64,000 bases of DNA from the NCBI GenBank assembly GCA_028826165.1, contig JAPDFW010000060.1, positions 124,001-188,000 of the forward strand. The letters run 5' to 3'. Positions 12,205-24,322 of the stretch are shown here, piece after piece; positions within the stretch are counted from its first letter, which is position 1; the number at the start of each line of letters is the position of its first letter. The notes beneath the pieces are model-generated. The model did not search any database, was not told where the DNA came from, and saw nothing but the letters and a program-made list of their open reading frames with translations. The position numbers and the translations under genes were made by a program. The stretch is from Anaeramoeba ignava BMAN (Eukaryota; Protista; Anaeramoebae).

Positions 12205-13490
12205 AACTTTTGATTTTAATTTTGATTTTAATTTTTGATTTTGATTTATATTTAGATTTAGATTTAGATTTATATTTAGATTTAGATTTATATTTATATT
12301 TATATTTAGATTTATATTTAGATTTAGATTTAGATTTAGATTTATATTTTAATTTATATTTAGATTTATATTTATATTTATATTTAGATTTTGATTTTGA
12401 TTTTGATTTTGATTTTGATTTAGATTTTGATTTTGATTTTGATTTTTGATTTTGATTTTGATTTTGATTTATATTTAGATTTAGATTTATATTTATATTT
12501 AGATTTAGATTTATATTTAGATTTATATTTAGATTTATATTTAGATTTAGATTTAGATTTATATTTAGATTTAGATTTATATTTATATTTAGATTTAGAT
12601 TTAGATTTATATTTATATTTAGATTTATATTTAGATTTAGATTTAGATTTAGATTTAGATTTAGATTTATATTTAGATTTAGATTTAGATTTAGATTTAT
12701 ATTTAGATTTATATTTTGATTTTGATTTTGATTTATATTTATATTTATATTTATATTTAGATTTAGATTTAGATTTAGATTTTGATTTAGATTTAGAACT
12801 TTGATTTTGATTTTGATTTTGATTTTTGATTTATATTTATATTTATATTTATATTTAGATTTAGATTTATATTTATATTTATATTTATATTTAGATTTTG
12901 ATTTTGATTTTGATTTTGATTTTTGATTTTTGATTTAGATTTTGATTTTAATTTTTAATTTTAATTTTAAGTTTGATTTTTGATTTTGATTTTAATTTTA
13001 ATTTTAATTTTGATTTTGATTTAGATTTTAGATTTATATTTATATTTAGTTTAGATTTATATTTATATTTATATTTATATTTTGATTTAGATTTATATTT
13101 AGATTTAGATTTAGATTTAGATTTAGATTTAGATTTATATTTATATTTATATTTAGATTTATATTTATATTTATATTTAGATTTATATTTAGATTTATAT
13201 TTAGATTTAGATTTTGATTTATATTTATATTTAGATTTATATTTATATTTATATTTATATTTATATTTAAATAATTGATTTATATTTATATTTAGATTTA
13301 TATTTAGATTTAGATTTAGATTTTGATTTATATTTATATTTATATTTATATTTAGATTTAGATTTAGATTTAGATTTTGATTTAGATTTAGATTTAGATT
13401 TAGATTTAGATTTATATTTATATTTAGATTTAGATTTATATTTATATTTATATTTAGATTTTGATTTTGATTTAGATTTAGATTTGAAAT
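12205..13490. repeat. Intergenic TTAGAT/TTATAT/TTTGAT hexamer microsatellite (~1.3 kb)
   Basis: Direct reading; the DLDL/YLYL ORFs are artefacts. Confidence 0.92.
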
Positions 13491-13659
13491 TTAAAAAGAA
13501 TGTGAGATTTATTATGATTTTTTTGATTAAACAAGTAAAGATTATTTTTCTGTTAAGAAAAAATTTTTCAAAAAAAGACAAAAGAAAAGTATAAAGTAAG
13601 GAACATAAAAAGAAAAAAAGAAAAAAAGATAAAAAGATAAAAAGATAAAAAAGTAAACA

Positions 13660-14238
13660 TTAAATGATGAAGCAATTCTTTTTCTTTTTTTTTCTTTTAG
13701 GATGAGAATCATTATCAATAGAATTATTCAAAGCTTTAAATTTTCTAATTTCCCTAACACATTGAAAGAAAGCCATGTCAACATTTTCTCTAGTTTTAGC
13801 ACTAGTTTCGATAAAAGCGCATTGAAAAAGAGAAGCGAGGTCTTTAAGCTCATCAGAAGAGACTTTCCTTCTTTGAACGAGGTCCTTCTTATTGCCAACG
13901 ATAACAATAGGAGCGGTGTCACTTTGCTTAGTTTTCAAAATATGTTCTTTAAACGTTGTAACTTCATCAAAAGAGTCTCGAGTGTCAACGGAATACACAA
14001 CGAGAAATCCATCTCCTGAACGGTAATATGTGTCTCGCATAAGCGCAAATTCTTCCTGTCCTGCTGTGTCGATTATCTCAAGCATGCACGTTTCTTCGTC
14101 AATTTCTACTTGTTTTTGATAGAAGTTTTCGATCGTTGGCTCGTATTCTTCTACAAATTTAGAGTGCACGAATTGAAGTGTAAGTGCAGATTTGCCAACT
14201 CCTCCTCCTCCTACTACTACAAGTTTGTAGCTTGGCAT
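13660..14238 (-). CDS. ras: Ras-family small GTPase with polybasic tail and CaaX (CFII)
   Basis: YKLVVVGGGGVGKSALT, YEPTIE, DTAGQEEF, NKKD, ETSAK, KRKKKKKNCFII; intronless. Confidence 0.93.
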   Translation of the reverse strand: MPSYKLVVVGGGGVGKSALTLQFVHSKFVEEYEPTIENFYQKQVEIDEETCMLEIIDTAGQEEFALMRDTYYRSGDGFLVVYSVDTRDSFDEVTTFKEHILKTKQSDTAPIVIVGNKKDLVQRRKVSSDELKDLASLFQCAFIETSAKTRENVDMAFFQCVREIRKFKALNNSIDNDSHPKRKKKKKNCFII

Positions 14239-14449
14239 TTTTTTGATTTAAAAAATTTCAAAAAAAAAAAGCGAAAAATGAAAATTTTTTCTTTTTTTTT
14301 TTTTCTTTTTGTTTTTTGTAATTTTAATTTTGTTTTGTTTTATAAAAAAGAGATTTATTAAAATTTATTTTAAATAAAAAAAAAGGAGAAAAAAAATTAA
14401 TCAAAAAGGAGAAAAAATATAGATTAACATTTATTTAACAATTTAATTA

Positions 14450-15895
14450 ATTTTTATTAATAAATCAATATAAAATATAATATTCAATTCCGATATAAAA
14501 CAGATATAAAATCAATCTAAAATAAAATAAAAATAAAAAAGTGGAATAAAAAATATAATTTATTTCTAATTTGAATTTAAATTTATTTTTATTAATAAAT
14601 CAATATAAAATATAATATTCAATTCCGATATAAAATAGATATAAAATCAATCCAAAATAAAAATATAAAATAAATATAAAATAAAAATATAATTTATTTC
14701 TAATTTGAAATTAAATTTAATTTTTATTAATAAATCAATTCAAAATATAATATTCAATTCCGATATAAAATAGATATAAAATCAATTCAAAATCAAATTA
14801 AAAATAAAAAGTGGAATAAAAATATAATTTATTTCTGAATTAAATTTAATTTATTTTTATTAATAAATCAATTCAAAATAAATATAAAATAAAAATATAA
14901 ATTATTTCTAATTTTAAATTTATTTTATTTTTATTAATAAATCAATATAAAATATAATATTCAATTCCGATATAAAATAGATATAAAATCAATTCAAAAT
15001 AAAATAAAAATAAAAAGTGGAATAAAAATATAATTTATTTCTGAATTGAATTAAATTAATTTTTATTAATAAATCAATATAAAATAAATATAAAATAAAA
15101 ATATAATTTATTTAAATTTAATTTATTTTTATTAATAAATCAATATAAAATAAAAAGTGGAATAAAATATAATTTATTTCTAAATTAAATTAAATTAATT
15201 TTTATTAATAAATCAATATAAAATATAATATCTAATTCCGATATAAAATAGATATAAAATCAATTCAAAATAAAAATAAAAAGTGGAATAAAAATATAAT
15301 TTATTTCTAAATTAAATTTAATTAATTTTTATTAATAAATCAATATAAAATATAATATTCAATTCCGATATAAAATAGATATAAAATCAATCCAAAATAA
15401 ATTAAAAATAAAAAGTGGAATAAAAATATAATTTATTTCTAAATTAAATTAAATTAATTTTTATTAATAAATCAATTCAAAATATAATATTCAATTCCGA
15501 TATAAAATAGATATAAAATCAATTCTAAAATAAATTAAAAATAAAAAGTGGAATAAAAATATAATTTATTTCTAATTTAAATAAATTAAAATTAATCACA
15601 TAAAATATAATATTCAATTCCGATATAAAATAGATATAAAATCAATATAAAATAAAAATAAGGAATAAAAATATAATTTATTTCTAATTTAAATTTAATT
15701 AATTTTTATTAATAAATCAATATAAAATATAATATTCAATTCCAATATAAAATAGATATAAAATCAATTCAAAATAAAATAAAAATAAAAAAGTGGAATA
15801 AAAAATATAATTTATTTCTAATTTGAATTTAAATTTATTTTTATTAATAAATCTATTTCTGAATTTAATTAATTTTTATTAATAAATCTATTCAA
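14450..15895. repeat. Imperfect ~120-140-bp tandem minisatellite containing TATTCAATTCCGATATAAAATAGATATAAAATC and AAAAGTGGAATAAAA
   Basis: The core recurs at about 14481, 14617, 14751, 14958, 15230, 15355, 15488, 15611 and 15731, with truncated units in between. Confidence 0.88.
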
Positions 15896-15989
15896 AATAA
15901 TTCATTTTAATTCTGTATTTATTATTATTAAGAAAAAAGAAAATAGAAAATTGACTTGTTTTAAAAAAAAAAATTTTTTTTTTGTTCTT

Positions 15990-18900
15990 TCATTTCTTTG
16001 TGGAATCAGAATAAGCATCTAACAAAATTTGTAAAGAAGGAGGAATATTAGAAGAATTCTGAATAGAATTAGAATTATGTGAATTGGATTTCGAATTCAA
16101 ATTGCGAAATTGTGAATCATTCAAAGAAAGTAAATTATTAGAATTTTGGTTCTGATTTGAAATATTATTGATTCCAAGAGTTTCAAGCAAAGAAGGCAAC
16201 AAAGTACGGTTTGCAATTGAAAAATTACTGGTATTTAAAGAAGAAAAAGAGGGATTATTTAGATCGGCTTTCTCGTTTTTATTGAAAAAGGGAGAAAGTG
16301 ATTGAAGAACCAAATTTTTGGGATTTTTTGGATCATTTTTTGGATCGTTTTTTGGATTATTTGGATCCAAATTATTTGGGTCAAAATTTTGGGGGTTAAA
16401 TGTATCATCAACGGATTTTGAGTCGATGTTCAGCATATAAGGATTGAGAGGAGATTGTGTTGAATTTTGTGTTTTTGTGTTAAATTGCGATGAAGTCTGC
16501 GAGGTGTTGCCGTACAGATCAAGTAAAACTTGCTGGATTTTTTGAGATGAAAGATCCGAAGGAGTGTTTGAGGATTTCTTGAGCTGGTGGAGAAGCGAGC
16601 CGATCTGGGACTGCTGGTCGCTGGGGTTTTTGTTCAGTATCGATGTCAACTGGTTGTTCAGATCGCTTAATTTATTTGTTATTTCGTCTTTGGAGTTTTG
16701 CGCGCTCGTTGTTGATTGCGCAATTGGATTCAATAAAAGAGAGTTTGCTGTTGTTGATGTTGTTTGTTGGGTGTTGAGCGCTTGTTGCAATGCGCGTAAT
16801 GTGTTTATTTCAGGATTAGTTTGAGTTGTTATTTGTTGCTGAGGAAAAATCCCGCTCAGAAGCGGATAATTCAGGGTGTTTTGTGTGAGTAAGTTTTGTG
16901 TGGGATTCAGCAACGTCTGTGAGTTCATGAGCATCGGGCTCAATAAAGCCGCTGTGGTTTGGGTCGGGTTTTTCAGAAGCAATTGCAGGAAGTCTTGTTG
17001 GATCATTTTGATCCCATTTTCTAGCGTGATTTTGTCCAATCTGTCCATAGGCTTCTCTGTCCCGTTTATATACAAAGAAATCGTCTCTGTCGCGTTGTTC
17101 ATTCGCCCTGCAATTATTATATATCTAAATCCCTTGTCGAGCGCATGCTCAATTGCTCTTTTCACTGTGTTTCTCTCGTCGGAAATGTAAAGTTCAAGAG
17201 GAACGTTTGACAAAATTTGGTTTGCTCGTATTTGCTGCGCGATTTTGTCTCCATATCTGCGCAGAGTAGGACTGGATACAATTACATAAATAGCATTCTG
17301 TCGATTTTCCCTATTTTCCGTTAAATTATTGCTTTGTTCGTTTTTATCGTAAATTAAACGGTCGCCATAAAAAGTTGTTTTTCTTTGTCTTCCATCAAAA
17401 TCATCAGCATCATCATAATATCCGAACCCACGATCACGATCACGATCACGATCACGATCACGATCTCTATTTCGATCACGGTCGGATTCGTATTCAGCAG
17501 ATCGCCACTCATCGCGGCGGTAATGCCGTCTGTAATCTCGGTCTTCTTTATAGTCGTGGTAGCTTGACCTTCTGTGGTCTTTATTCTGATACTCTCTTCT
17601 TCGATGGTTTGATCGAGAATCTCTTCGATTGCTCAGTTCAACGTGAACATGCTTTCCTGCAACAGAAAGACTATGCTCGCCATCAACCGCATCTCGTGCG
17701 GATTCCGGTTTTTTAAATTGCAAAAACCCATAGCTTTCTTTGAAAACAATTTCTTCCACTTCTCCATATTTCGAGAATATTTCCTCAATCTCTGTCTTGT
17801 TTGTTTTTTCTGTTGCTAAATTTCCAAGGAAAATCCTGGCATCATCGCGACTGTAATCACGGCTTTCTGCTTCTCTGTGTGATTCATATGTTCGGTGTCT
17901 CCCGTGTTTCTCGTGATTGTCGTCATAATCATGGTGCGTTTTTTTCTCTGTTTTGTAATCTTTACTCTCACTTCGGTGGCTTTCGTGCCGCGATTCATAT
18001 GATTTCTCGTGACTGTGCCGGTGTCGATGTTCTCGTGAATGCGATCTTGTCGTATTTTTATTGCTCTCGTTGTTATTTCCTTCTTTATATGTAGTTTCTT
18101 TTTCTTTTTCTTTTTCTTTTTCTTTTTCTTTTTCTGTTTCTTTTTCTTTTTCTTTTTCTTGATTATTTTTGTCATGATTATCCTCAGATATTTCGTTTTT
18201 GAGTTCTTTTTTTTTATATTCTGGATATTTTTTATATTTATAATTTAAATATTCGAGATCATGATTTTGATCTTTAATTTGATTTAAATTTTCATTTTGA
18301 TTTAAATTTTTATTTTGATTTAAATTTAAATTTTGATTTTGATTTAAATTTTCTTGATTTTGATTTAAATTTTCTTGATTTTCTTGCTTTTTATATTCTT
18401 TTTCCCATTGTTCATGCTCTTGAAGTTGTCTTTCTAGCTTTTCCTCAAGTTGTTCTATTTCTTTCTGTCGTTCTCTTTCTTCATTTAAACTTTTTTCCTT
18501 TTCAAATTGCAAGCTTGATTCAGATTCAGATTTTGATTTATATTCATAATCAGAATCCAGCCCCGCTTCATTTGTTGATCCAAAAACAAAATCTTCATCC
18601 TCTTCACTATGATTTTTAACGCTCTTAAGATTCTTGTTTGTTTTTTGCTTTGTCCGTTTATTTTTATTCTCATTTTCATTTGTTTTTCTTTTTTTGTTTT
18701 TTTTGCCTTTTTTGTTTCCGTTTTTTTCTTCTAAAGCCATTTGCCATTCTTTTCTTGAATTATTTTCATCAATTGATAAGAATTCCTGATTTGTATCTTG
18801 TGTTGTTTCCATGTGTTCAGGCGACTCATAACTTTCTGCTTCATAATTAAGTTCTATTTCTTCCTCAATTTTTTTTATATTTTCTTTTTGTTTGTTCATT

Positions 18901-18998
18901 TTTTTTTCATTTGTTTCATTTTCTTTTTTTTGCTTTTCTTTTTCTTTCTCTTTCTCTTCAGTTTCTTTTTCCGTTTCTTGTTTTTTATTTGTTGACAT
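15990..18998 (-). CDS. NCOA5/Nab3-like RNA-binding protein: RRM, RD/RS-rich region, anticodon-binding-like domain and low-complexity tails
   Basis: RRM RIFLGNLATEKTNKTEIEEIFSKYGEV...YGFLQF; (DR)n tract; IYVIVSSPTLRRYGDKIA...FRYIIIAG segment of the NCOA5 type; intronless 1002 aa. Confidence 0.75.
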   Translation of the reverse strand: MSTNKKQETEKETEEKEKEKEKQKKENETNEKKMNKQKENIKKIEEEIELNYEAESYESPEHMETTQDTNQEFLSIDENNSRKEWQMALEEKNGNKKGKKNKKRKTNENENKNKRTKQKTNKNLKSVKNHSEEDEDFVFGSTNEAGLDSDYEYKSKSESESSLQFEKEKSLNEERERQKEIEQLEEKLERQLQEHEQWEKEYKKQENQENLNQNQENLNQNQNLNLNQNKNLNQNENLNQIKDQNHDLEYLNYKYKKYPEYKKKELKNEISEDNHDKNNQEKEKEKETEKEKEKEKEKEKETTYKEGNNNESNKNTTRSHSREHRHRHSHEKSYESRHESHRSESKDYKTEKKTHHDYDDNHEKHGRHRTYESHREAESRDYSRDDARIFLGNLATEKTNKTEIEEIFSKYGEVEEIVFKESYGFLQFKKPESARDAVDGEHSLSVAGKHVHVELSNRRDSRSNHRRREYQNKDHRRSSYHDYKEDRDYRRHYRRDEWRSAEYESDRDRNRDRDRDRDRDRDRGFGYYDDADDFDGRQRKTTFYGDRLIYDKNEQSNNLTENRENRQNAIYVIVSSPTLRRYGDKIAQQIRANQILSNVPLELYISDERNTVKRAIEHALDKGFRYIIIAGRMNNATETISLYINGTEKPMDRLDKITLENGIKMIQQDFLQLLLKNPTQTTAALLSPMLMNSQTLLNPTQNLLTQNTLNYPLLSGIFPQQQITTQTNPEINTLRALQQALNTQQTTSTTANSLLLNPIAQSTTSAQNSKDEITNKLSDLNNQLTSILNKNPSDQQSQIGSLLHQLKKSSNTPSDLSSQKIQQVLLDLYGNTSQTSSQFNTKTQNSTQSPLNPYMLNIDSKSVDDTFNPQNFDPNNLDPNNPKNDPKNDPKNPKNLVLQSLSPFFNKNEKADLNNPSFSSLNTSNFSIANRTLLPSLLETLGINNISNQNQNSNNLLSLNDSQFRNLNSKSNSHNSNSIQNSSNIPPSLQILLDAYSDSTKK

Positions 18999-19197
18999 TT
19001 TATTTGAAAAAAAGAAAAATGAAAAATGAAATTTTTATTTTTAAAAAATTTTTTTTTATTTAAAAAAAAAAAACAAACTTGACTTTTAAATTTTTATCAA
19101 ATCTTTTTTAAAAAAAAATTTTGTTTTTGAAATTTCAAATTAGATTATGTTTTTTTATTATTATTATTAATAATAATATTTTAATGATTAAATTTCT

Positions 19198-21611
19198 TCA
19201 ACAACATGTTTTTTTCGTTTTTTTATTTTGTTTAGAATTATCATTTGAAAGAACTACAGAATTATTTGTTTCATTTCCACTTTCATTTTCACTTTCATTT
19301 TCATTTGTATTTTGATTTGGATTTTGATTATTTTTATTTTTATTTTTATTTTTATTTTTATTTTTTTGCAATTTTCTTTCTTTCAATTTTTCTGCAATCA
19401 TTTCAAAAATATTTTTAACATTTGTTCCATCTTTTGCGCTTGTTTTTGAAAAATTTTGAACTTGTTCTTTAAAAATGGACTTTTTATATTATAATTAAAT
19501 ATTTATAAATCAAATATTTATAAATTAAATATTTATAAATTAAATATTAATAAATTAAATATTATAAATTAATTATTTCTAAATTAAATATTTCTAAATT
19601 AAATATTTATAAATTAAATATTATAAATCAAATATTATAAATTAAATATTTCTAAATTAAATATTAATAAATTAAATATTAATAAATTAAATATTATAAA
19701 TCAAATATTATAAATTAAATATTTCTAAATTAAATATTAATAAATTAAATATTAATAAATTAAATATTTCTAAATTAAATATTATAAATTAAATATTTTT
19801 AAATTAAATATTTATAAATTAAATATTTATAAATTAATTATTTCTAAATTAAATATTAATAAATTAAATATTAATAAATTAAATATTTATAAATTAAATA
19901 TTTATAAATTAAATATTTATAAATTAAATATTAATAAATCATTTATAAATTAAATATTTTATAAATTAAATATTTATAAATTAAATATTTATAAATTAAT
20001 TATTTCTAAATTAAATATTTCTAAATTAAATATTTCTAAATTAAATATTAATAAAAATTAAATATTTATAAATTAAATATTATAAATTAAATATTTATAA
20101 ATTAAATATTATAAATTAAATATTTATAAATCAAATATTTATAAATTAATTATTTATAAATTATTTCTAAATTATTTATAAATTAAATATTTATAAATTA
20201 AATATTTATAAATTAAATATTAATAAATCAAATATTTATAAATTAATTATTTATAAATTATTTTAAATTATTTATAAATTAAATATTTATAAATTAAATA
20301 TTTATAAATTAAATATTAATAAATTAAATATTTATAATTAAATATTTATAAATTAAATATTTATAAACTAAATATTTATAAACTAAATATTTATAAATTA
20401 AATATTTATAAATTAAATATTTATAATTAAATATTTATAAATTAAATATTATAAATTAAATATTTATAATTTAAATATTATAAATCAAATATTTATAAAT
20501 TAAATATTTCTAAATTAAATATTATAAATTAAATATTTATAAATTAAATATTTATAAATTAAATATTATAAATTAAATATTTATAAATTAAATATTTATA
20601 AATTAATTATTTATAAATTAAATATTTCTAAATTAAATATTTATAAATTAAATATTTATAAATTAAATATTTTAAATTAATTATTTCTAAATTAAATATT
20701 TCTAAATTAAATATTTATAAATTAAATATTTATAAATTAAATATTAATAAATTATTAATAAATCATTTCTAAATTATCTATAAATATCATTTAATTTCTT
20801 GATGCTTTTTACATCAATTTCTTCTTGAACATTTTCAACTTGATCTGGAAGATCACATTTATTTCCTACAACAATAATTAATGAATCTTCATCACAATTA
20901 TTTTGAATTTCTCCAAAATAATATTCAAGTTCTTTAATTGATTTTTTTGAAGTTAAATCAAAAACAAGAATAAAAGCATTTGCATTTCTTTTTTTTTTTT
21001 AATATCAAAAAGTGGAACAAAATTTAATTTAATATTGAACTTAATATCGAACTTAAAATTGAACTTAAAATCTAAAAATTAATTCGAAAATCAAATCAAA
21101 TAAAATTACTTATAAATTGAAGAAGAAAGTTGCATTCTATATCTTTCTTGACCAGCTGTATCCCACTAAAAATCAATATAAATTTAACAAAAAATTTAAT
21201 TTAAATCCATTATTTATAAAAGAAAGCAAAAAAATTTTTTTTTTATACAATTTGAAGTCTAACTATTTTATCATCAATCATAACATCTTTTAGTTTCTAT
21301 TTTTGAATTTTAAATTTCAAAGAGAAAATTTTTTTTTGTTTGTTTTAAATTTTAATCAAAAAATAATTTCCAAAAAAAATAATTACAAAATCAACTCCAA
21401 TTGTTGGAATAGCTTTTGGAACAAAAGTGTCATCCTTAAATTAAAATTCCAATTAAATTTTCAAATAAAAAAAGGTTTATAAAAAAAGAATAAAAAAAAA
21501 AATTCAATAAATAAATCAATCAATAAATACAACATATCTAGTTATTAAACTTGTTTTCCCAACTCCAGAATCTCCAATAGCAACAACTTTAAATAAATAA
21601 TTATAACTCAT
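19198..21611 (-). CDS. Rab1-derived GTPase, array copy 1 (most canonical), 6 exons
   Basis: MSYNYLFKVVAIGDSGVGKTSLITRYV|DDTFVPKAIPTIGVDF|KLKDVMIDDKIVRLQI|WDTAGQERYRMQLSSSIYK|NANAFILVFD...GNKCD...|...KTSAK...KKTCC*; all introns GT-AG. Confidence 0.92.
19490..20785. repeat. ~15-nt AAATTAAATATTTAT minisatellite filling intron 5 (19480-20812) of Rab copy 1
   Basis: Direct reading. Confidence 0.9.
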
Positions 21612-21742
21612 TAAATTAAAAAAAAAGGGAAAAAAAATGAAAAAAGTTTTTGTTAAAAAAAAAATTATTTTTCATTAAAATTAAAATTAAAATAAAAATA
21701 AAAATTAAAATAAAAATTTTAAATTAATTTTAAATTTTCATT

Positions 21743-22792
21743 TTAACAACATTTTTGTTTCGTTCGGTTTTCTTGTTCGTTTTCTAAAGAAATTATTTTT
21801 GATTGTTGATTTCTTTCATTTTGTAAATCAAATGAATTAATATTTTTATTTAAATGATGTTTTGGTTGATTTTGTTTAAATTCTTTTGCAGTTTCATAAA
21901 ACAATTCATCAACATTTTTTCCATTTTTTGCACTTGTTTTAAAAAATCTAAACGGTTCATTTTTGAGAATATTCTAATCAAAATAAAAAATAAAAAATAA
22001 AATAAAATAAATTCCCTAAAAAAAAAATTTTTTTTGTTCCACTTTTTATTTTGAAACAAAAAATTTTTTACTTCCAATTTTTCTTTCAAATTTTCAATTT
22101 TGTTTTCAATAAGATCACTTTTATTCCCAACAATAACAATTAAAGGATCTTGAATATGACTATTTTCAATTTCTTTTAAATAATCACCAATTTCTTTCAA
22201 ACTATTTTCATTTGTTATATCAAAAACAATCAAAACAATATCTGCATTTCTTTATATTTTTTAATTTATAATTTATAAATTTTTTTGTTCCACTTTTTGG
22301 ATTAAAAATTTTTGATTTCAAATTAAATTTACTTATAAATTGAAGGAAGAAATGAATTCCTAAATCTTTCTTGACCTGCAGTATCCCACTTTTTTTAATT
22401 GAAAATAAATGAAAATAAATTAGAGATATTTTCAATTTTTTTCGGAAATAAATTTTTACAATTTGAAGTCGGATTGTTTGATTATCTATTTCAATATCTT
22501 TTGTTTTCTATTTTTTTATTTTAAAATTTTTTTTTTTTCATATTTTTTTTTTTGTAAAAATATTATTTACAAAATCAACTCCAATTGTTGGTTCTTTTTC
22601 GAAATTAAAAGTGTTATCCTTTTATTAAAGAATTTTAAATTGAAAAAGTGTTTAATTTTCTGATTTTTTTTTCTTTAAAAAAGAAATTTAAATAAATTAA
22701 TTAATAAATACAACATATCTATTAATTAAACTTGTTTTTCCAACATTTGCACTTCCAATAATTATAACTTTAAATAAATAATCAAAACTCAT
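21743..22792 (-). CDS. Rab1-derived GTPase, copy 2, 6 exons
   Basis: GSANVGKT|DNTFNFEKEPTIGVDF|KTKDIEIDNQTIRLQI|WDTAGQERFRNSFLPSIYK|...GNKSD|...TSAK...KQKCC*. Confidence 0.92.
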
Positions 22793-22980
22793 TTTTTTAA
22801 AAAAAAAGGAAAAAAAAATGAAAAAAATGAAAAATTATTTTTTAATTTTTATTAATAAATTTTTCATTCCACTTTTTTATTTATATTTGATTTATTTTGA
22901 AATTAATAAATTAAATTATTTTCAATAAAAAAAAAGAATAAATTTTTATTTGATTGTTTTTTTTCTTAAAGGAAATAATT

Positions 22981-24127
22981 TTAACAACACTTTTTTTGAG
23001 ATTGAGGTTTATTTGTAAATTTTGGATTTTCTGCATTTTGTAAAATAATATTATCCGAATTTTCTTCTTCTTTTTTTGGATTGTTTGGTTGATTTTCTTT
23101 AAATTTTTTTGCAATTTCATAAAATAATTCATTAACATTTGTTCCATCTTTTGCACTTGTTTTAAAAAATATAAATTTATCACCATTTAAAATTTTCTTT
23201 ATTTAATTTTTAAAATTAAAATGAAAGAAGAAAATTTTTAATTTTTTTTTGTTCCACTTTTTTTTTTTAAAATTAAAATTAAAATTAAAATTAAATTTAA
23301 AATTTTTTTACTTTTATTTTTTCTTCAACATTTTCAAGTTGTTCTTCAATAAGATCACTTTTATTTCCAACAATAACAATTAAAGGATTTGTTCTACAAT
23401 TATTTTCAATTTCATTTAAAAAATCACCAATTTTATATAAACTTTCTTCTTTTGTTAAATCAAAAACAATCAAAATAATATCAGCATTTCTTTATAATTT
23501 TTCAATTTATAAATTTATAAATTTTTTTTTAATAAAATGAATTATTTTGATTTAAATTTATAATTTACTTGTAAACTGAAGATGAAAATGAAATTGAATT
23601 TCTGTATATTTCTTGGCCTGCAGTATCCCACTTTGTTTTAAAAAATTAAATAATTAAATTTAAAATTTAATAAAAAATAATTTAATTTTAATTTAAATTT
23701 AAATTTATTTACAATTTGAAGTCTAACTATTTTTCTATCAATTTCAATATCTTTTGTTTTCTTTTTATTTTCAATTTTAATTATTTTATTTTTTAATTTT
23801 TTAAATTTAATTTTAAAAAAATTTTCATTTTAAAAATTTAAATTTGTTTTTGATAATAAAATATTATTTACAAAATCAATTCCAATTGTGGTTTGGTTGC
23901 GAGGAGTAAAATTATCATCCTTTTTTTTTAATGATTTTGTTATTAAATTTTGATTTTTTAAATGGAAAAAAAAACAGGAAAAAAATGTTTAATTTTCTGA
24001 TTTTCCTTTTTAAAAAAGAAATTTAAATAAATTAATTAATAAATACAACATATCTTATTATTAAACTTGTTTTTCCAACATTTGCACTTCCAATAATTAT
24101 AACTTTAAATAAATAATCAAAACTCAT
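22981..24127 (-). CDS. Rab1-derived GTPase, copy 3, 6 exons
   Basis: GSANVGKT|DDNFTPRNQTTIGIDF|...|WDTAGQEIYRNSISFSSSVYK|...GNKSD|...TSAK...QKKCC*. Confidence 0.9.
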
Positions 24128-24322
24128 TTTTTTAAAAAAAAAGGAAAAAAAAATGAAAAAAATGAAAAAATTATTTTTTAATTTTTATTAATAAATTTTT
24201 TATTCCACTTTTTTATTTATATTTGATTTATTTTGAAATTAAATTCTTTTCAATAAAAAAAATTCAATAAAAAAATTCAATAAATTTTTATTTGATTGTT
24301 TGTTTTTTTAAAGGAAATAATT

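Noticed and set aside
12205-13490. TTAGAT repeat as a telomeric or interstitial telomere array
   Set aside because: It is mixed with TTATAT/TTTGAT, lacks G-runs and belongs to the same hexamer family seen throughout the window.
14450-15895. CRISPR-like appearance (a conserved ~30-nt core recurring at intervals)
   Set aside because: The intervening sequences are homologous to each other rather than unique spacers, there are no cas genes, and the context is eukaryotic.
16564-18995. Plus-strand ORFs overlapping the RRM gene (likewise those overlapping Ras and the EEP gene)
   Set aside because: They are antisense shadows of real coding sequence, with no recognisable motifs.
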